DNA of 64,000 bases from an uncultured SAR86 cluster bacterium. GTDB taxonomy: Bacteria; Pseudomonadota; Gammaproteobacteria; Magnimaribacterales; D2472. The notes beneath the pieces are model-generated. The model was given only the letters and a program-made list of their open reading frames with translations, was not told where the DNA came from and searched no databases. This document shows positions 21,642 to 31,675 of this stretch, piece after piece. How positions within the stretch are numbered: position 1 is the stretch's first letter; each line of letters opens with the position of its first letter. Both the position numbers and the translations under genes were made by a program. Location: contig CAJIYI010000001.1 of the NCBI GenBank assembly GCA_905181595.1, positions 3,551 to 67,550 on the forward strand, written 5' to 3'.

Positions 21642-22460
21642 ATGCAGTCTAAAAATTTAGAACTTATTATCTCTCAATTAGAAGACTTAACCTTAAGTTT
21701 ATTTCCTGAAATATTAAAAATTTATGAAGACAAAGATTTTAAGACCAGGCATAAAAAAGATGGATCGCCAGTCACTAAGGCTGACATGCTTGGCCATAAG
21801 TTAATTCTCAAGTTTTTAAATAAGCATTACCCTGACATTCCGATTGTTTCAGAGGAGAGTTTCACGCAAAAAGGCTATAAACCGGCAAAAGAGTTCTGGT
21901 TGGTCGATCCTATTGATGGAACCAAGGAATTTGTTAATCGCTCGGGTGAATTCACAACCAATATTGCATTAATTCAAAATGGTCATCCGGTCCTAGGCGT
22001 GGTTGGAGCACCAGCAATCAATAAGATTTGGTCTGGTATTTCAGCTCATACACCCAAAACTACCAAATTAAAGGCAGCAGCTTCAAGTTCTGCATTGAAA
22101 ATAGTGATGAGTAAAAGCCACAAAACAGTCATAGATACAGCTTTTTTGAACTTTTTAGATAAAAACGGCAAAAAAGTAAAAATTATTAGCAAGGGCAGCT
22201 CTCTAAAAATATGTACTTTGGCAGACAAAAAAGCAGATATTTACCCTAGATTTGGTCCAACGTCAGAGTGGGATATTGCTGCAGCTGATGCGGTTCTTAG
22301 GTCAAATGGCGGTGGTATTTTTCAGATAGAAACGCTGGAACCCCTTGAATATGGAAAAAAAGATAGCATATTAAACCCTATGTTCATTGCGATAAGTAAT
22401 TTGAACGAAAAAAAGGCAATATTGTCTTTAATAAGAGGTTTTAGTAAAAATTTGCTATAA
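21642..22460 (+). CDS. cysQ: 3'(2'),5'-bisphosphate nucleotidase CysQ (inositol monophosphatase family)
   Basis: It has IVSEES, WLVDPIDGTKEF and a C-terminal WD motif (SEWDIAAADAVL). Confidence 0.85.
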   Translation: MQSKNLELIISQLEDLTLSLFPEILKIYEDKDFKTRHKKDGSPVTKADMLGHKLILKFLNKHYPDIPIVSEESFTQKGYKPAKEFWLVDPIDGTKEFVNRSGEFTTNIALIQNGHPVLGVVGAPAINKIWSGISAHTPKTTKLKAAASSSALKIVMSKSHKTVIDTAFLNFLDKNGKKVKIISKGSSLKICTLADKKADIYPRFGPTSEWDIAAADAVLRSNGGGIFQIETLEPLEYGKKDSILNPMFIAISNLNEKKAILSLIRGFSKNLL

Positions 22461-22512
22461 TTATTTAATAAGATAACCTTAGGTTATAATATAATATTAA
22501 TAAAATTTATAT

Positions 22513-23373
22513 ATGGGTACTGATTTACAGACAATAACGCTATCGACACCAGGCAAGGATATAGAATCCTATTTGTCTTGCGTCCATGCGATCCCCATCC
22601 TGACCCCAGAACAGGAAAAAGAACTTGCTCACAAACTTTTCGATAACAATGATCTTGAGGCTGCACGTCAACTGGTCCTTTCTCATTTAAGATTTGTTAT
22701 TCATATTTCACGCTCTTACTCAGGCTATGGTTTGCCTTTGGCTGACATTATCCAAGAAGGAAACATTGGTTTAATGAAAGCAGTGGATCGATTTGATCCA
22801 AATAAAGGTGTCAAAGTAGTATCTTTTGCTGTGCATTGGATCAAAGCGGAGATTCATGAGTACATCTTAAAAAATTGGAGAATGGTTAAGATTGCGACTA
22901 CCAAGGCGCAAAGAAAATTATTCTTTAATCTTAGAAGCAAGAAGAAAACACTCGACTGGTTAACCAAGGAAGAGGCAGAGCAGATTGCCAAAGACTTAAA
23001 TGTTGAGGTTAAGGATGTCTTGCACATGGAGAACCGACTGACCTCCCATGATGCGGCCTTTGATGGCCCTGTTGGAAGTGATGATGAGAGCGACATTATG
23101 TCCCCATCTCAATACCTAGAAGATAAGTCCTTTAGCCCAGAGATTTTGGTTGCTGAACAAGAAGTTGCCGATCATAACTCTGAAGAGCTAACCATGGCAT
23201 TGTCCCAGCTTGATGAAAGAAGCAAAGATATTATTGCAAGAAGATATTTGGCCGATCAAAAAGAAACACTTCACGATTTAGCAGACGAATATAACGTTTC
23301 TGCAGAAAGAATTAGACAAATTGAAAATGGTGCTTTGAAAAAACTTAAAGCTGCTATGTCTAACGCTGCCTAA
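22513..23373 (+). CDS. rpoH: RNA polymerase sigma-32 factor RpoH
   Basis: Region 2 is IQEGNIGLMKAVDRFDP, the RpoH box is TKAQRKLFFNLR, and region 4 is VSAERIRQIE. Confidence 0.95.
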   Translation: MGTDLQTITLSTPGKDIESYLSCVHAIPILTPEQEKELAHKLFDNNDLEAARQLVLSHLRFVIHISRSYSGYGLPLADIIQEGNIGLMKAVDRFDPNKGVKVVSFAVHWIKAEIHEYILKNWRMVKIATTKAQRKLFFNLRSKKKTLDWLTKEEAEQIAKDLNVEVKDVLHMENRLTSHDAAFDGPVGSDDESDIMSPSQYLEDKSFSPEILVAEQEVADHNSEELTMALSQLDERSKDIIARRYLADQKETLHDLADEYNVSAERIRQIENGALKKLKAAMSNAA

Positions 23374-23523
23374 TTCAGGCAATTCTCTTCATCCCAGGAA
23401 AGATCAATCAATCAAGATAAACCATATCTCGCAAGCTTTGTTAAAAGGTTAGGGCGAATAACTTCCGCTCAAAAAGAGGCGCTCGAGACACTTGATGAAT
23501 TTCACCTTCAAGATTCTTCCCAG

Positions 23524-24063
23524 TTGCTTGGTTTGGTCTCAGACTACAAAAAAGTGATTCTAGAAATAGGATTTGGTAACGGTGAAAATACTGCTTTTTT
23601 AGCAACCAAGAATCCTGATGCGTTAATCGTAGCCTCAGAGGTATATAAATCAGGTATTGGCAGCTTGCTTGCCTCTATTGACAAGAATTCGTTTCGGCAC
23701 ATTAAGATTTTTGATGATGATATCCGCGAGCTTTTATTGAATCTTTCAGAACCTCTCTTTCATGAAATCTATATCATTTGCCCAGATCCATGGCCCAAAG
23801 CCAGGCATCACAAACGTAGATTAGTTAATAAAGTATTTTTAGAGAACCTACATACAGTTATGTACCCAGGCGGGACTATTTACATCTCAACCGACTGGGA
23901 GAATTATGCTGAATTTATTGAAGAAGAGACCCCTAAGCTCAAGGATGAGTTTATGGCTAAAAAGATTTCTAACGACGGCATGCCTATTACTCGATTTCAA
24001 GCCCGCGCCATGAGAGAAGGTCGAGAAATTTATACCTACCTGCTGACAACTTTAAAAAAATAA
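23524..24063 (+). CDS. trmB: tRNA (guanine46-N7)-methyltransferase TrmB (true start upstream, unresolved)
   Basis: It has LEIGFGNGE and ICPDPWPKARHHKRR. The conserved N-terminal SFVKRLGRITSAQKEAL lies upstream of the first canonical start (TTG 23524), in the same open frame back to 23374. Confidence 0.85.
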   Translation: MLGLVSDYKKVILEIGFGNGENTAFLATKNPDALIVASEVYKSGIGSLLASIDKNSFRHIKIFDDDIRELLLNLSEPLFHEIYIICPDPWPKARHHKRRLVNKVFLENLHTVMYPGGTIYISTDWENYAEFIEEETPKLKDEFMAKKISNDGMPITRFQARAMREGREIYTYLLTTLKK

Positions 24064-25155
24064 CTTTATGGTTTCGTTGAGATATTGATAGCCGCGATCC
24101 GTTGCACCAATTTTATTTTTTAACAGCAATCCCTCAGACACTCCTACCTCATATTTTTTCCAGAAACTCTCAGGCAGTAATGTGTTGATTTGATCTTGGC
24201 TGATACCATTTTTTATTCTTAATAAATTCATGGCTAGATCCATGTCCAGCTCATCACCTTGAACAACAGTGCGGTCAGTCATTGTTTGTTTTTTTATGTA
24301 GCCATTTAGGGGCTTAATTTTTCTAAATCTTGAAATCTCTTCATCCAGAGTAATTTTGCTATGAGCTCCAGGACCTACTCCCAAGAAATCACCAAATTTC
24401 CAGTAATTAACATTGTGGTTACTTTCGAACCCTGCTTTTGACCAGGAAGATACTTCGTATTGCTTAAAGCCATTTAACTCTAAGACTTCTCGAGCTATGT
24501 GCTCCATGTTTTCAATGACTTCCTCGCTGGGGAGCTTAAGCTCCTTTTTATAGAAGATGGTATTGGGCTCAATGGTTAGCTGATACAAGGAGAGATGGTT
24601 GGCTTTTGAGGCAATAAATTGTTCTAGGGAATCTTTAAACGAAGCCTCAGTTTGATGTTCGATGCCATACATTAGATCAATGGTTACATTTGTATCCTGC
24701 AAAAGATTTACAGCTTTTATCCCGGAAGCTTTGTCATGATTTCTACCAAGCGCTATAAGTTCTTTGTCATGATAACTTTGCAAACCTAATGAGAATCTAT
24801 TAATACCAAGTTTTGTTAGGCTTTGTATCTTTTCTTTCGTCACATCTCTTGGGTTCATCTCAAAGGTTATTTCTATATTCTCATCCCAAGGACATTGCTT
24901 AATACCCTCTAAAATTTCTTCCATAGCATCAATAGATGTTAACGAGGGAGTACCGCCGCCAAAATAGATGCTTGAGAATTTTCTCCCATTTATCAAGGAG
25001 GCTGAATCCTTTAGGTCTTGAGCAATGGCCTTGGCTAGCTCTTGATCTTGCTGATTTACTGGATCGGTGGTGATTGAAAAATCACAATATGGGCATTGAA
25101 CCTCACACCATGGAAGGTGGACATAGAGACTTAGGGGTGGATTATTGAGAGACAA
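24052..25155 (-). CDS. hemW: radical SAM heme chaperone HemW (HemN-like)
   Basis: LYVHLPWCEVQCPYCDF gives the CX3CX2C cluster, and GGGTPS is present. The synteny with rdgB matches Pseudomonas. Confidence 0.9.
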   Translation of the reverse strand: MSLNNPPLSLYVHLPWCEVQCPYCDFSITTDPVNQQDQELAKAIAQDLKDSASLINGRKFSSIYFGGGTPSLTSIDAMEEILEGIKQCPWDENIEITFEMNPRDVTKEKIQSLTKLGINRFSLGLQSYHDKELIALGRNHDKASGIKAVNLLQDTNVTIDLMYGIEHQTEASFKDSLEQFIASKANHLSLYQLTIEPNTIFYKKELKLPSEEVIENMEHIAREVLELNGFKQYEVSSWSKAGFESNHNVNYWKFGDFLGVGPGAHSKITLDEEISRFRKIKPLNGYIKKQTMTDRTVVQGDELDMDLAMNLLRIKNGISQDQINTLLPESFWKKYEVGVSEGLLLKNKIGATDRGYQYLNETIKLFF

Positions 25156-25771
25156 AATTTTTAATTTTCTGCCTGAGAGTTTCAGCGGCTTTGCCTCTAT
25201 GACTTAATTTAGCTTTTTCTTCATTGGGCATTTGAGCCAAGGAAAGATTAGAGCCTAGAGGATAAAACATCGGGTCGTAACCAAAACCATTCATTCCTTC
25301 TGAAGTAATTTTAATGGTTCCTTCAAGCATTCCGGTTGCAACCAATGGAAATGGATCTGAAGGCGCATTGAGCATTACCAGCACGCACACAAAAAAAGCC
25401 TGAGTTTCATCCACATCAATTTTAATTAACTCTTTTTTTAGGTGCTCTCTGTTTTCCTCATCGCTCGCATCCGCTTTAGCGTATCTTGCAGAGTGCAAGC
25501 CAGGCATATTATTTAAAGCCGGAACGATTAGTCCTGAGTCATCCCCTAAGGCGCTAAGCCCAGAAGCATGAGCAGCAAAACGTGCTTTATGTAGGCTATT
25601 CTCAAAAAAAGTTTGACCAACTTCCTCCTCTGGAATAATCCCAAAAGTTTCTTGAGACAGTATTTCAAAATCTGGAAGCAGAAGAGTGAATTCTTTTAGT
25701 TTTCCTGGGTTGCTTGTGGCAATGAGGAGCTTGGGTTTACTTTCCAAGGAGGTACACTGCCTCTGCAGCAA
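25142..25771 (-). CDS. rdgB: dITP/XTP pyrophosphatase RdgB
   Basis: It has LLIATSNPGKLKEF, GDDSGL and FGYDPMF..SHRGKA. The start is uncertain, since a TTG at 25747 would reduce the overlap with metW. Confidence 0.9.
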   Translation of the reverse strand: MLQRQCTSLESKPKLLIATSNPGKLKEFTLLLPDFEILSQETFGIIPEEEVGQTFFENSLHKARFAAHASGLSALGDDSGLIVPALNNMPGLHSARYAKADASDEENREHLKKELIKIDVDETQAFFVCVLVMLNAPSDPFPLVATGMLEGTIKITSEGMNGFGYDPMFYPLGSNLSLAQMPNEEKAKLSHRGKAAETLRQKIKNFVSQ

Positions 25772-26327
25772 ATAAGTTGGGCGAGTAATCAGTCAGCCAT
25801 GAAGTGTTACCGCGCTTATTGAGGTAGACTTTTTTCAAAATCTTAAAACCCTCTGTTTCACACAGCTCTTCAAAATCAGCAATGGTACATAGATGAAGAT
25901 TTTTAGTTTCATACCATCTTGCCGGCAATTGAGATGAAGAGGGCATTTTGCCTTTTAAGAGACCGGTTCTAAGCTCCCAATTCCCAAAGTTAGGTAGGGT
26001 AATCACACATTGATTGGCAACTTCTAAAATATTTTGCAATGCTTCTTTGGGTTTTCTAAGGCATTGAATTGAACTCGCCATGATTGCTGTATCGAAATCC
26101 ATATTTTTATACTCAAGAAGTCCTTGATCAATATCTTGCTGCACAACAGAGATACCGTTCTTAATGCAGCTATGAATTTTATCCGGATCATTCTCTACTC
26201 CATAACCTATGATTGATTTTGAGTCAGCCAAAGATTTTAGTAACGATCCATCGCCACAACCAAAATCTATGACTTTTGAGTTATCAGCAACCCATTCAGT
26301 AACGATCTGTTCGAGAGATTTATTCAT
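25737..26327 (-). CDS. metW: methionine biosynthesis protein MetW
   Basis: 196 aa. The methyltransferase-like motif is VIDFGCGDGSLL. It lies directly downstream of metX. Confidence 0.9.
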   Translation of the reverse strand: MNKSLEQIVTEWVADNSKVIDFGCGDGSLLKSLADSKSIIGYGVENDPDKIHSCIKNGISVVQQDIDQGLLEYKNMDFDTAIMASSIQCLRKPKEALQNILEVANQCVITLPNFGNWELRTGLLKGKMPSSSQLPARWYETKNLHLCTIADFEELCETEGFKILKKVYLNKRGNTSWLTDYSPNLFAAEAVYLLGK

Positions 26328-27420
26328 CGCTTTCTAAAAAATTTTTTAAACTTGACGCATATTCATCAGAATGAAATAAGAAGCTGTCGTGGCCATAATC
26401 ACCCTCAAGTTCAACATAAGAACTCCGAACCCCGGCTTTAATTGCAGAAAGCTGTATGTCTTTGCCGTATTCTTTTGGGAATAACCAGTCTGAATTAAAA
26501 GAAGCTATGAAAAGTTTGGCTTTTATTTGCTTAAAGCATTTTACTAAATCTTGCTCAAAATCTTTGGCCGGATCGAAACTGTCCATGGCTTTGGTCATTA
26601 ATATATAACTGTTTGCATCGAATGTTTCAGCAAATTGCTCACCCTTGTACTGCAAATAATTCTCAACCTCATAACTAACTTCTTCATCTATTTTTGTTTC
26701 AGGACTTTGGAGCTTTCTACCAAATCTTTTACGCATATTAGCTTCAGATAGGTAGGTAATATGTCCGAGCATGCGAGCAGCCTTCAGACCTTTTTTGGGC
26801 TTAATATTTTGCAGATGATAATCTCCCTCAGCAAAGTTCTCATCCTTTCGAATAATTTCTCTTGCCACCTCATTGAGCGCAATGTTTTGAGAGCTAATTT
26901 TTGATGAGGCAGCAATAATTGCAGCCTTTTTAATTAGGGTTGGATAAGAGATTGACCATTGCAGAGCTTGCATGCCACCCAAACTTCCCCCTGCAACCAT
27001 TTCCCATGCAGGTATTTTTAAATACTCTAATAAAGTTTTTTGTGCATTAACCCAGTCCTTGACTGAGACTTCAGGAAAAGATGCTCCATACATTTGATTG
27101 GTTTCTGGGGAAATCGAAATAGGACCAGACGATCCATCACACCCACCCAAATTATTAACAGATACAACAAAATATTTAGATGTATCAATGGTCTTGTCGT
27201 CCCCTATTATCTGATCCCACCAGCCTGGCTTTCCGCCCTCTGTTTTTGTTCCGGCGGCATGGTGATTTCCAGAAAAAGCATGACAGACTAATACTGCATT
27301 ATCTTTGTTTTGATTAAGCTCACCATAGGTCTCTATCATCAACTCAAAACCAGATAAGGTTGAGCCTGATTCAAGTTTGATTGTTTCATCAAAGGTAAGT
27401 TTTTCAGTATGAGTCTTCAT
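26320..27420 (-). CDS. metX: homoserine O-acyltransferase MetX
   Basis: It has NAVLVCHAFSGNHHAAG, GGSLGGMQAL and the C-terminal GHDSFL. Confidence 0.9.
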   Translation of the reverse strand: MKTHTEKLTFDETIKLESGSTLSGFELMIETYGELNQNKDNAVLVCHAFSGNHHAAGTKTEGGKPGWWDQIIGDDKTIDTSKYFVVSVNNLGGCDGSSGPISISPETNQMYGASFPEVSVKDWVNAQKTLLEYLKIPAWEMVAGGSLGGMQALQWSISYPTLIKKAAIIAASSKISSQNIALNEVAREIIRKDENFAEGDYHLQNIKPKKGLKAARMLGHITYLSEANMRKRFGRKLQSPETKIDEEVSYEVENYLQYKGEQFAETFDANSYILMTKAMDSFDPAKDFEQDLVKCFKQIKAKLFIASFNSDWLFPKEYGKDIQLSAIKAGVRSSYVELEGDYGHDSFLFHSDEYASSLKNFLESDE

Positions 27421-27932
27421 ACCATTGAACTTATAATTTGAATAAAAGATGTATTAATAAGATTTAGCAACATTAAACCAATAATGGGGGTGAAATCTAA
27501 ACCGCCCATGGGAGGAACAAATTTTCTTATGGGTTGCAAGATTGCTCCTGACATTTCTTCGACTATCTGAAGCAGAGGGTGATTGTTTCCTGGAGCAACC
27601 CAGCTTAGGATAACGGACCCAATAACACAGTAAAATAAAATTCTGAAACAAGAGTTAATTACATTTATTATTGAAATAAACAACAATGTTAAAGGCTCAT
27701 ACCCACTCGAGTAGGCAAGATATAAAGAGACAAACTGAAGAAGAAAAGCTAGGGCTAAAGCTGCTAGAAGTGGGTTGAGGAAAAAAAATATTGATTTAGA
27801 GATTGGCTCTAGGTAGGTAGCAAATATTTTTACTATAGGATTGAAGTAATTAATCCTAAATAGCCGAAACATTGCAAGAATTACAAATGCATAACTTGCA
27901 AAGCTGAGTATGATTGTGAGTGTTCCGGTCAT
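27417..27932 (-). CDS. yggT: YggT family membrane protein
   Basis: It has ILSWV...ILQPIRKFVPPMGGLDFTPII. Its position between proC and metX is as in Pseudomonas. Confidence 0.8.
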   Translation of the reverse strand: MTGTLTIILSFASYAFVILAMFRLFRINYFNPIVKIFATYLEPISKSIFFFLNPLLAALALAFLLQFVSLYLAYSSGYEPLTLLFISIINVINSCFRILFYCVIGSVILSWVAPGNNHPLLQIVEEMSGAILQPIRKFVPPMGGLDFTPIIGLMLLNLINTSFIQIISSMV

Positions 27933-27950
27933 CTTATTCCTATTAAAATG

Positions 27951-28738
27951 TTAGTTTTCATCGCTTATTTGAATAGATCTTTCTTTTGCTGCTCGAAATG
28001 CATCCTTAAAGATAGACTCTATTTTACTGCCCTCAAGAGACTCTAGTCCTGCTTGAGTTGTTCCGCCGGGTGATTTTATCTTATTTATTAATATTTCAAA
28101 ATCACGCTCTTTTCCAAACAAATCTCCAAGGCTGCTTACAAAGTCTTGAAAAATATTGATGGCATGCTCATCACTCTGCCTTTGTTTATTGCCTTCAGCT
28201 CTTCGAGATATATATTTAACACTTGAAATAGGAAAGCTTGGCCGCTGCCAATGATGCTGGTGAAGGCATGAATATCATCTTCATTTTCCATAACCATAAT
28301 GTGACCCACTCGCTCAAATAAATCACATGCATTTTTGAAGGCAGGAGCTTCCTGATCTTCAGCATAAAGAGCAGTAATGCCCTTATTATATGCCGAGGCA
28401 GTGTTGGGCATTGATCGGATGATTGAGGCTGAAGTTGGGTATTTTGAAATCCCAATGCCAGCAACTACAGTTAAAATATTTGAATGAGGAGCAAGGTCTT
28501 CAATCTTTTGAGCAACAACAAGAGCATCTTTAGGCTTCACTGCTAACACAATTAAATCAAATATATCCTCTGACAAGCATTCGAATGATGCCACGGTAAT
28601 TTTCTGACTTTTAAGTAGGTCTATTTTTTCTTGATTCCGTTCAATGCAAACTATTGCTTCAGGTGGCAACTGAGATTTAAGCAAGCCATCAATAATAGCT
28701 TGAGCAATATTACCGCCGCCTACAAAACATATTTTCAT
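27951..28738 (-). CDS. proC: pyrroline-5-carboxylate reductase ProC (apparent frameshift)
   Basis: The N-terminus MKICFVGGGNIAQAI is in ORF 28136..28738. The conserved C-terminus ...KSPGGTTQAGLESLE... is in another frame and ends at TAA 27951-27953. The junction is near 28190. Confidence 0.85.
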
Positions 28739-29421
28739 AGCCTTGGTCCCAAAAGAGTCTCACCAATTCTGACCATAGAGGAGCCCGCAACAATTGCTTC
28801 TTCGTAATCACCAGATGTTCCCAAGGATAGCTCGGTGCAATGCGGTAAAATTTCTTTTAACGAACTTTGAAGGGATTGAATGTTTGCGTAAGTTTTCAAT
28901 TTATCTTTATCTGAAGCATTAATATTTGGCATAAACATTAATCCTCTAAGTTCCAGATTGGAACAATGAGAATTAATCTCTCTCGCAAAAGTTAACACAT
29001 CTTCAGTCTTTACTCCTGATTTAGTCGGCTCATTATCAATGTTAACTTGTATTAGCACGGACATATTTTTATTCAAATGCTCGCAAGCCTGATTGAGCTT
29101 GCTGGCAACTTTCATGCGGTCAATTGAATGAACCCAATCAGCCGCTTCGGCGATGAGCTTCAGTTTATTTGTTTGAATGGGCCCAATGAAATGCCAAATG
29201 ATATCTGTGGGGCAGGAGCCTACTTTTTGATGCAGTTCTTGCGCATAATTTTCACCAAAATCTCTGACACCATTGTCGTAAGCTTCTTGGATGATTTCAG
29301 TGGATTGTAATTTAGATACAGCAATCACTTTTACAGATTCAGCAGATTGGTTGATGCCTGAACAAGCAAGATCAATATTAGCCTGAACTGCTTGAACTCT
29401 GGACTCTATGCTTTGATACAT
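28735..29421 (-). CDS. yggS: PLP-binding protein YggS (PLP homeostasis)
   Basis: VKVIAVSK carries the PLP lysine. FGENYAQE, WHFIGPIQTNK and LSLGTSGDY are also present. Confidence 0.9.
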   Translation of the reverse strand: MYQSIESRVQAVQANIDLACSGINQSAESVKVIAVSKLQSTEIIQEAYDNGVRDFGENYAQELHQKVGSCPTDIIWHFIGPIQTNKLKLIAEAADWVHSIDRMKVASKLNQACEHLNKNMSVLIQVNIDNEPTKSGVKTEDVLTFAREINSHCSNLELRGLMFMPNINASDKDKLKTYANIQSLQSSLKEILPHCTELSLGTSGDYEEAIVAGSSMVRIGETLLGPRL

Positions 29422-29942
29422 TTTTTAATTAACAATGGCTGGCGATTATTTTTAACCATAACCTCCCTTGCATTGTTAACCTCTGATTTAGTTTTATAAG
29501 GCCCAGACATTACTCTAAAAAGAGTTTTTCCAGGCATTGATGAGCTAAAGGTTCTTTCGACATAGGCTTCTATGTCGAGAGTGAGCATAAGACCAAGTTG
29601 TTCTTGAGCATATATGCGCTTTCCATAAGTTTCGATTTGCAATAAATACTCGCAATTTTCTGCAGTGACAATGCCCTCTAATTCGATTAGCACAGTATCC
29701 TTTTCTAAGTCCGTTGGATAGAAGAATTCAACGGTTGGATTCGTCACGTGCCCCCGCAAATTTTTTACATCTGTCTGCAAAAGAAATTGAGATGAAACAA
29801 AAAGGATTGCTGCCATCCCAGCAACAATAAAAAAGTGCTTAATCTTTAAGGGTTGATTGAGTTCTCTTCTTGCGCGAAGAGTTGCTGTTCCCTTGTTGGA
29901 CTTTGATTTATTGACAGGATGTTTTTTTGCAAAATCTTTCAT
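29406..29942 (-). CDS. membrane-anchored SPOR-domain-like protein
   Basis: It has a basic N-terminus, one TM helix, and the C-terminal LFRVMSGPYKTKSEVNNA pattern. It sits downstream of argS, where a SPOR-domain protein sits in Pseudomonas. Confidence 0.45.
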   Translation of the reverse strand: MKDFAKKHPVNKSKSNKGTATLRARRELNQPLKIKHFFIVAGMAAILFVSSQFLLQTDVKNLRGHVTNPTVEFFYPTDLEKDTVLIELEGIVTAENCEYLLQIETYGKRIYAQEQLGLMLTLDIEAYVERTFSSSMPGKTLFRVMSGPYKTKSEVNNAREVMVKNNRQPLLIKKCIKA

Positions 29943-29947
29943 GGGAC

Positions 29948-31672
29948 TTACATTTGATCTAAAGGCTCTATGCCAAGCAACTCTAAAGCTGAGCCTAGAA
30001 CATCTTTAACGACAGCGAGCGATCTCATAATATTGATTTGTTCGGCTTCTTCAGCATTTAAAATATTTACATCATTGTAAAAGTGATGAAAGCCTTGAGC
30101 TAAATCCCTTAGGTAATAAACAATTAGATGAGGATGAAGGTTTTCTCCCGCATTGTGTACGACAAAAGAAAAGTTAAGGGCTAATTGAATTAGCTCGTCA
30201 CAAGCATGGAAGTTTTCAATATCAGAGAATGCGTTCGGTAGGGTTTTTCCCAAGCCAACATATTTTTTCTGAACTGAGCAAATTCGCGCATGCGCGTATT
30301 GAACATAGTAATAAAGATTGTCCTTAGAGTTTGTTCTGGCAACTCCGATATCAAAATCTAAGTGTTGATCCGCTTGCTTAGACAGATAATAAAAACGCGA
30401 AGCGTCTGGACCAATGTCATCAATTAATTGCTTTAGGGTATAAAAGTTTCCACTGCGAGTAGACATTTTAACTTTTGCGCCATCCTCAAAAAGGTTAGCA
30501 AATTGAACAAGTTGAACTTGCATTTGTTGTTTTTTGTAACCAAAGGCTTCAATTGTTGCCTCAATTCTCTTGATGTAGCCATGATGATCAGAGCCCCAAA
30601 CATTAATAATGGTACTAAAGCCTCTGTCTAATTTATTTTTGTGGTACACCAGGTCTGCGGATAAATAGGTGCCTCTGCCATCTTCTCTGATAATGACCCG
30701 ATCTTTGTCGTCACCAAATTTTGTTGACTCTAACCAGACCGCCCCATCTTTTTCGTACGTATGATTTTTTTGTAATTTTTGGATGGCAAGAGATATTTCA
30801 GATTGATTGTCAGATAGATTCCCCAAAGAGGACTCAAAAAACCAATGATCAAAATTGACTTTGAATTCAGTTAAATCAGCCTTAATAGATTGAATAACGT
30901 AGGCCAAGCCCTGAGCTCTTATTAAAGACCAGCTTTCAACATGAGCAGATTGAATGCGAGTGATCAATTCATCAATCTGGGCCTCTGGATCTTCAGGCAG
31001 TTTGCTTCGAAGTGTTTCTTTATTTATTTCTTCAGCTTTTAAATCCAAAGAAATAGAGTCAGCAATATCCAGAACATACCCACCTTTATAAGCAGAGCCT
31101 GGGAAAGTGTCTTCATCAAAGCATGTAAATTTTCTTAAAAAAATGCTGCAAGCTAAAATATCAATTTGCCTTCCAGCGTCATTAACATAATATTCTCTCT
31201 CAACCTCATGCCCAAGATGTTCCAGTATTCTTCCAATCGCATCCCCATAAGCAGCGCCTCTTCCATGGCCGACGTGCAGTGGTCCAGTTGGATTAGCAGA
31301 GACAAATTCAATTTGGATTTTTTGTTTAGTTGTTTGCTCGGGGTCTGGAATTAGTTTCAAGCCTACCTCGGCCTGCTGTAAAAATGCTGGCTGAGTTAAA
31401 AAGATATTAACAAAACCAGGACCTGCAACCTCAACCTTTTGTATGCCCTCAATGCCTTCAAGGGACAGTGCTAACTGAGCAGCTAACTCTTTTGGATTTT
31501 TTTTTGCAATGTTAGATGCAATCAGGCAAAGATTTGTTGTCCAGTGACCTTTATCCAGAGAATCTGAAAGATTAAGTTTGTGCTTTAAAATTAAAAGATT
31601 TTTTTGATCGCTTGCGAGATCTAAGACATCGTCAATGAAATTATTTAGCGCTAATGATATTTGAGTAAACAA
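29948..31672 (-). CDS. argS: arginine--tRNA ligase ArgS
   Basis: The HIGH motif is in SANPTGPLHVGHGR, and MSTRSG is the KMSK equivalent. 574 aa. Confidence 0.95.
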   Translation of the reverse strand: MFTQISLALNNFIDDVLDLASDQKNLLILKHKLNLSDSLDKGHWTTNLCLIASNIAKKNPKELAAQLALSLEGIEGIQKVEVAGPGFVNIFLTQPAFLQQAEVGLKLIPDPEQTTKQKIQIEFVSANPTGPLHVGHGRGAAYGDAIGRILEHLGHEVEREYYVNDAGRQIDILACSIFLRKFTCFDEDTFPGSAYKGGYVLDIADSISLDLKAEEINKETLRSKLPEDPEAQIDELITRIQSAHVESWSLIRAQGLAYVIQSIKADLTEFKVNFDHWFFESSLGNLSDNQSEISLAIQKLQKNHTYEKDGAVWLESTKFGDDKDRVIIREDGRGTYLSADLVYHKNKLDRGFSTIINVWGSDHHGYIKRIEATIEAFGYKKQQMQVQLVQFANLFEDGAKVKMSTRSGNFYTLKQLIDDIGPDASRFYYLSKQADQHLDFDIGVARTNSKDNLYYYVQYAHARICSVQKKYVGLGKTLPNAFSDIENFHACDELIQLALNFSFVVHNAGENLHPHLIVYYLRDLAQGFHHFYNDVNILNAEEAEQINIMRSLAVVKDVLGSALELLGIEPLDQM

Positions 31673-31675
31673 AAA

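Noticed and set aside
22473-22487. Palindrome after cysQ as a rho-independent terminator
   Set aside because: The stem is AT-rich with a 1-nt loop and no following T-tract, so it was recorded only as a possible operator.
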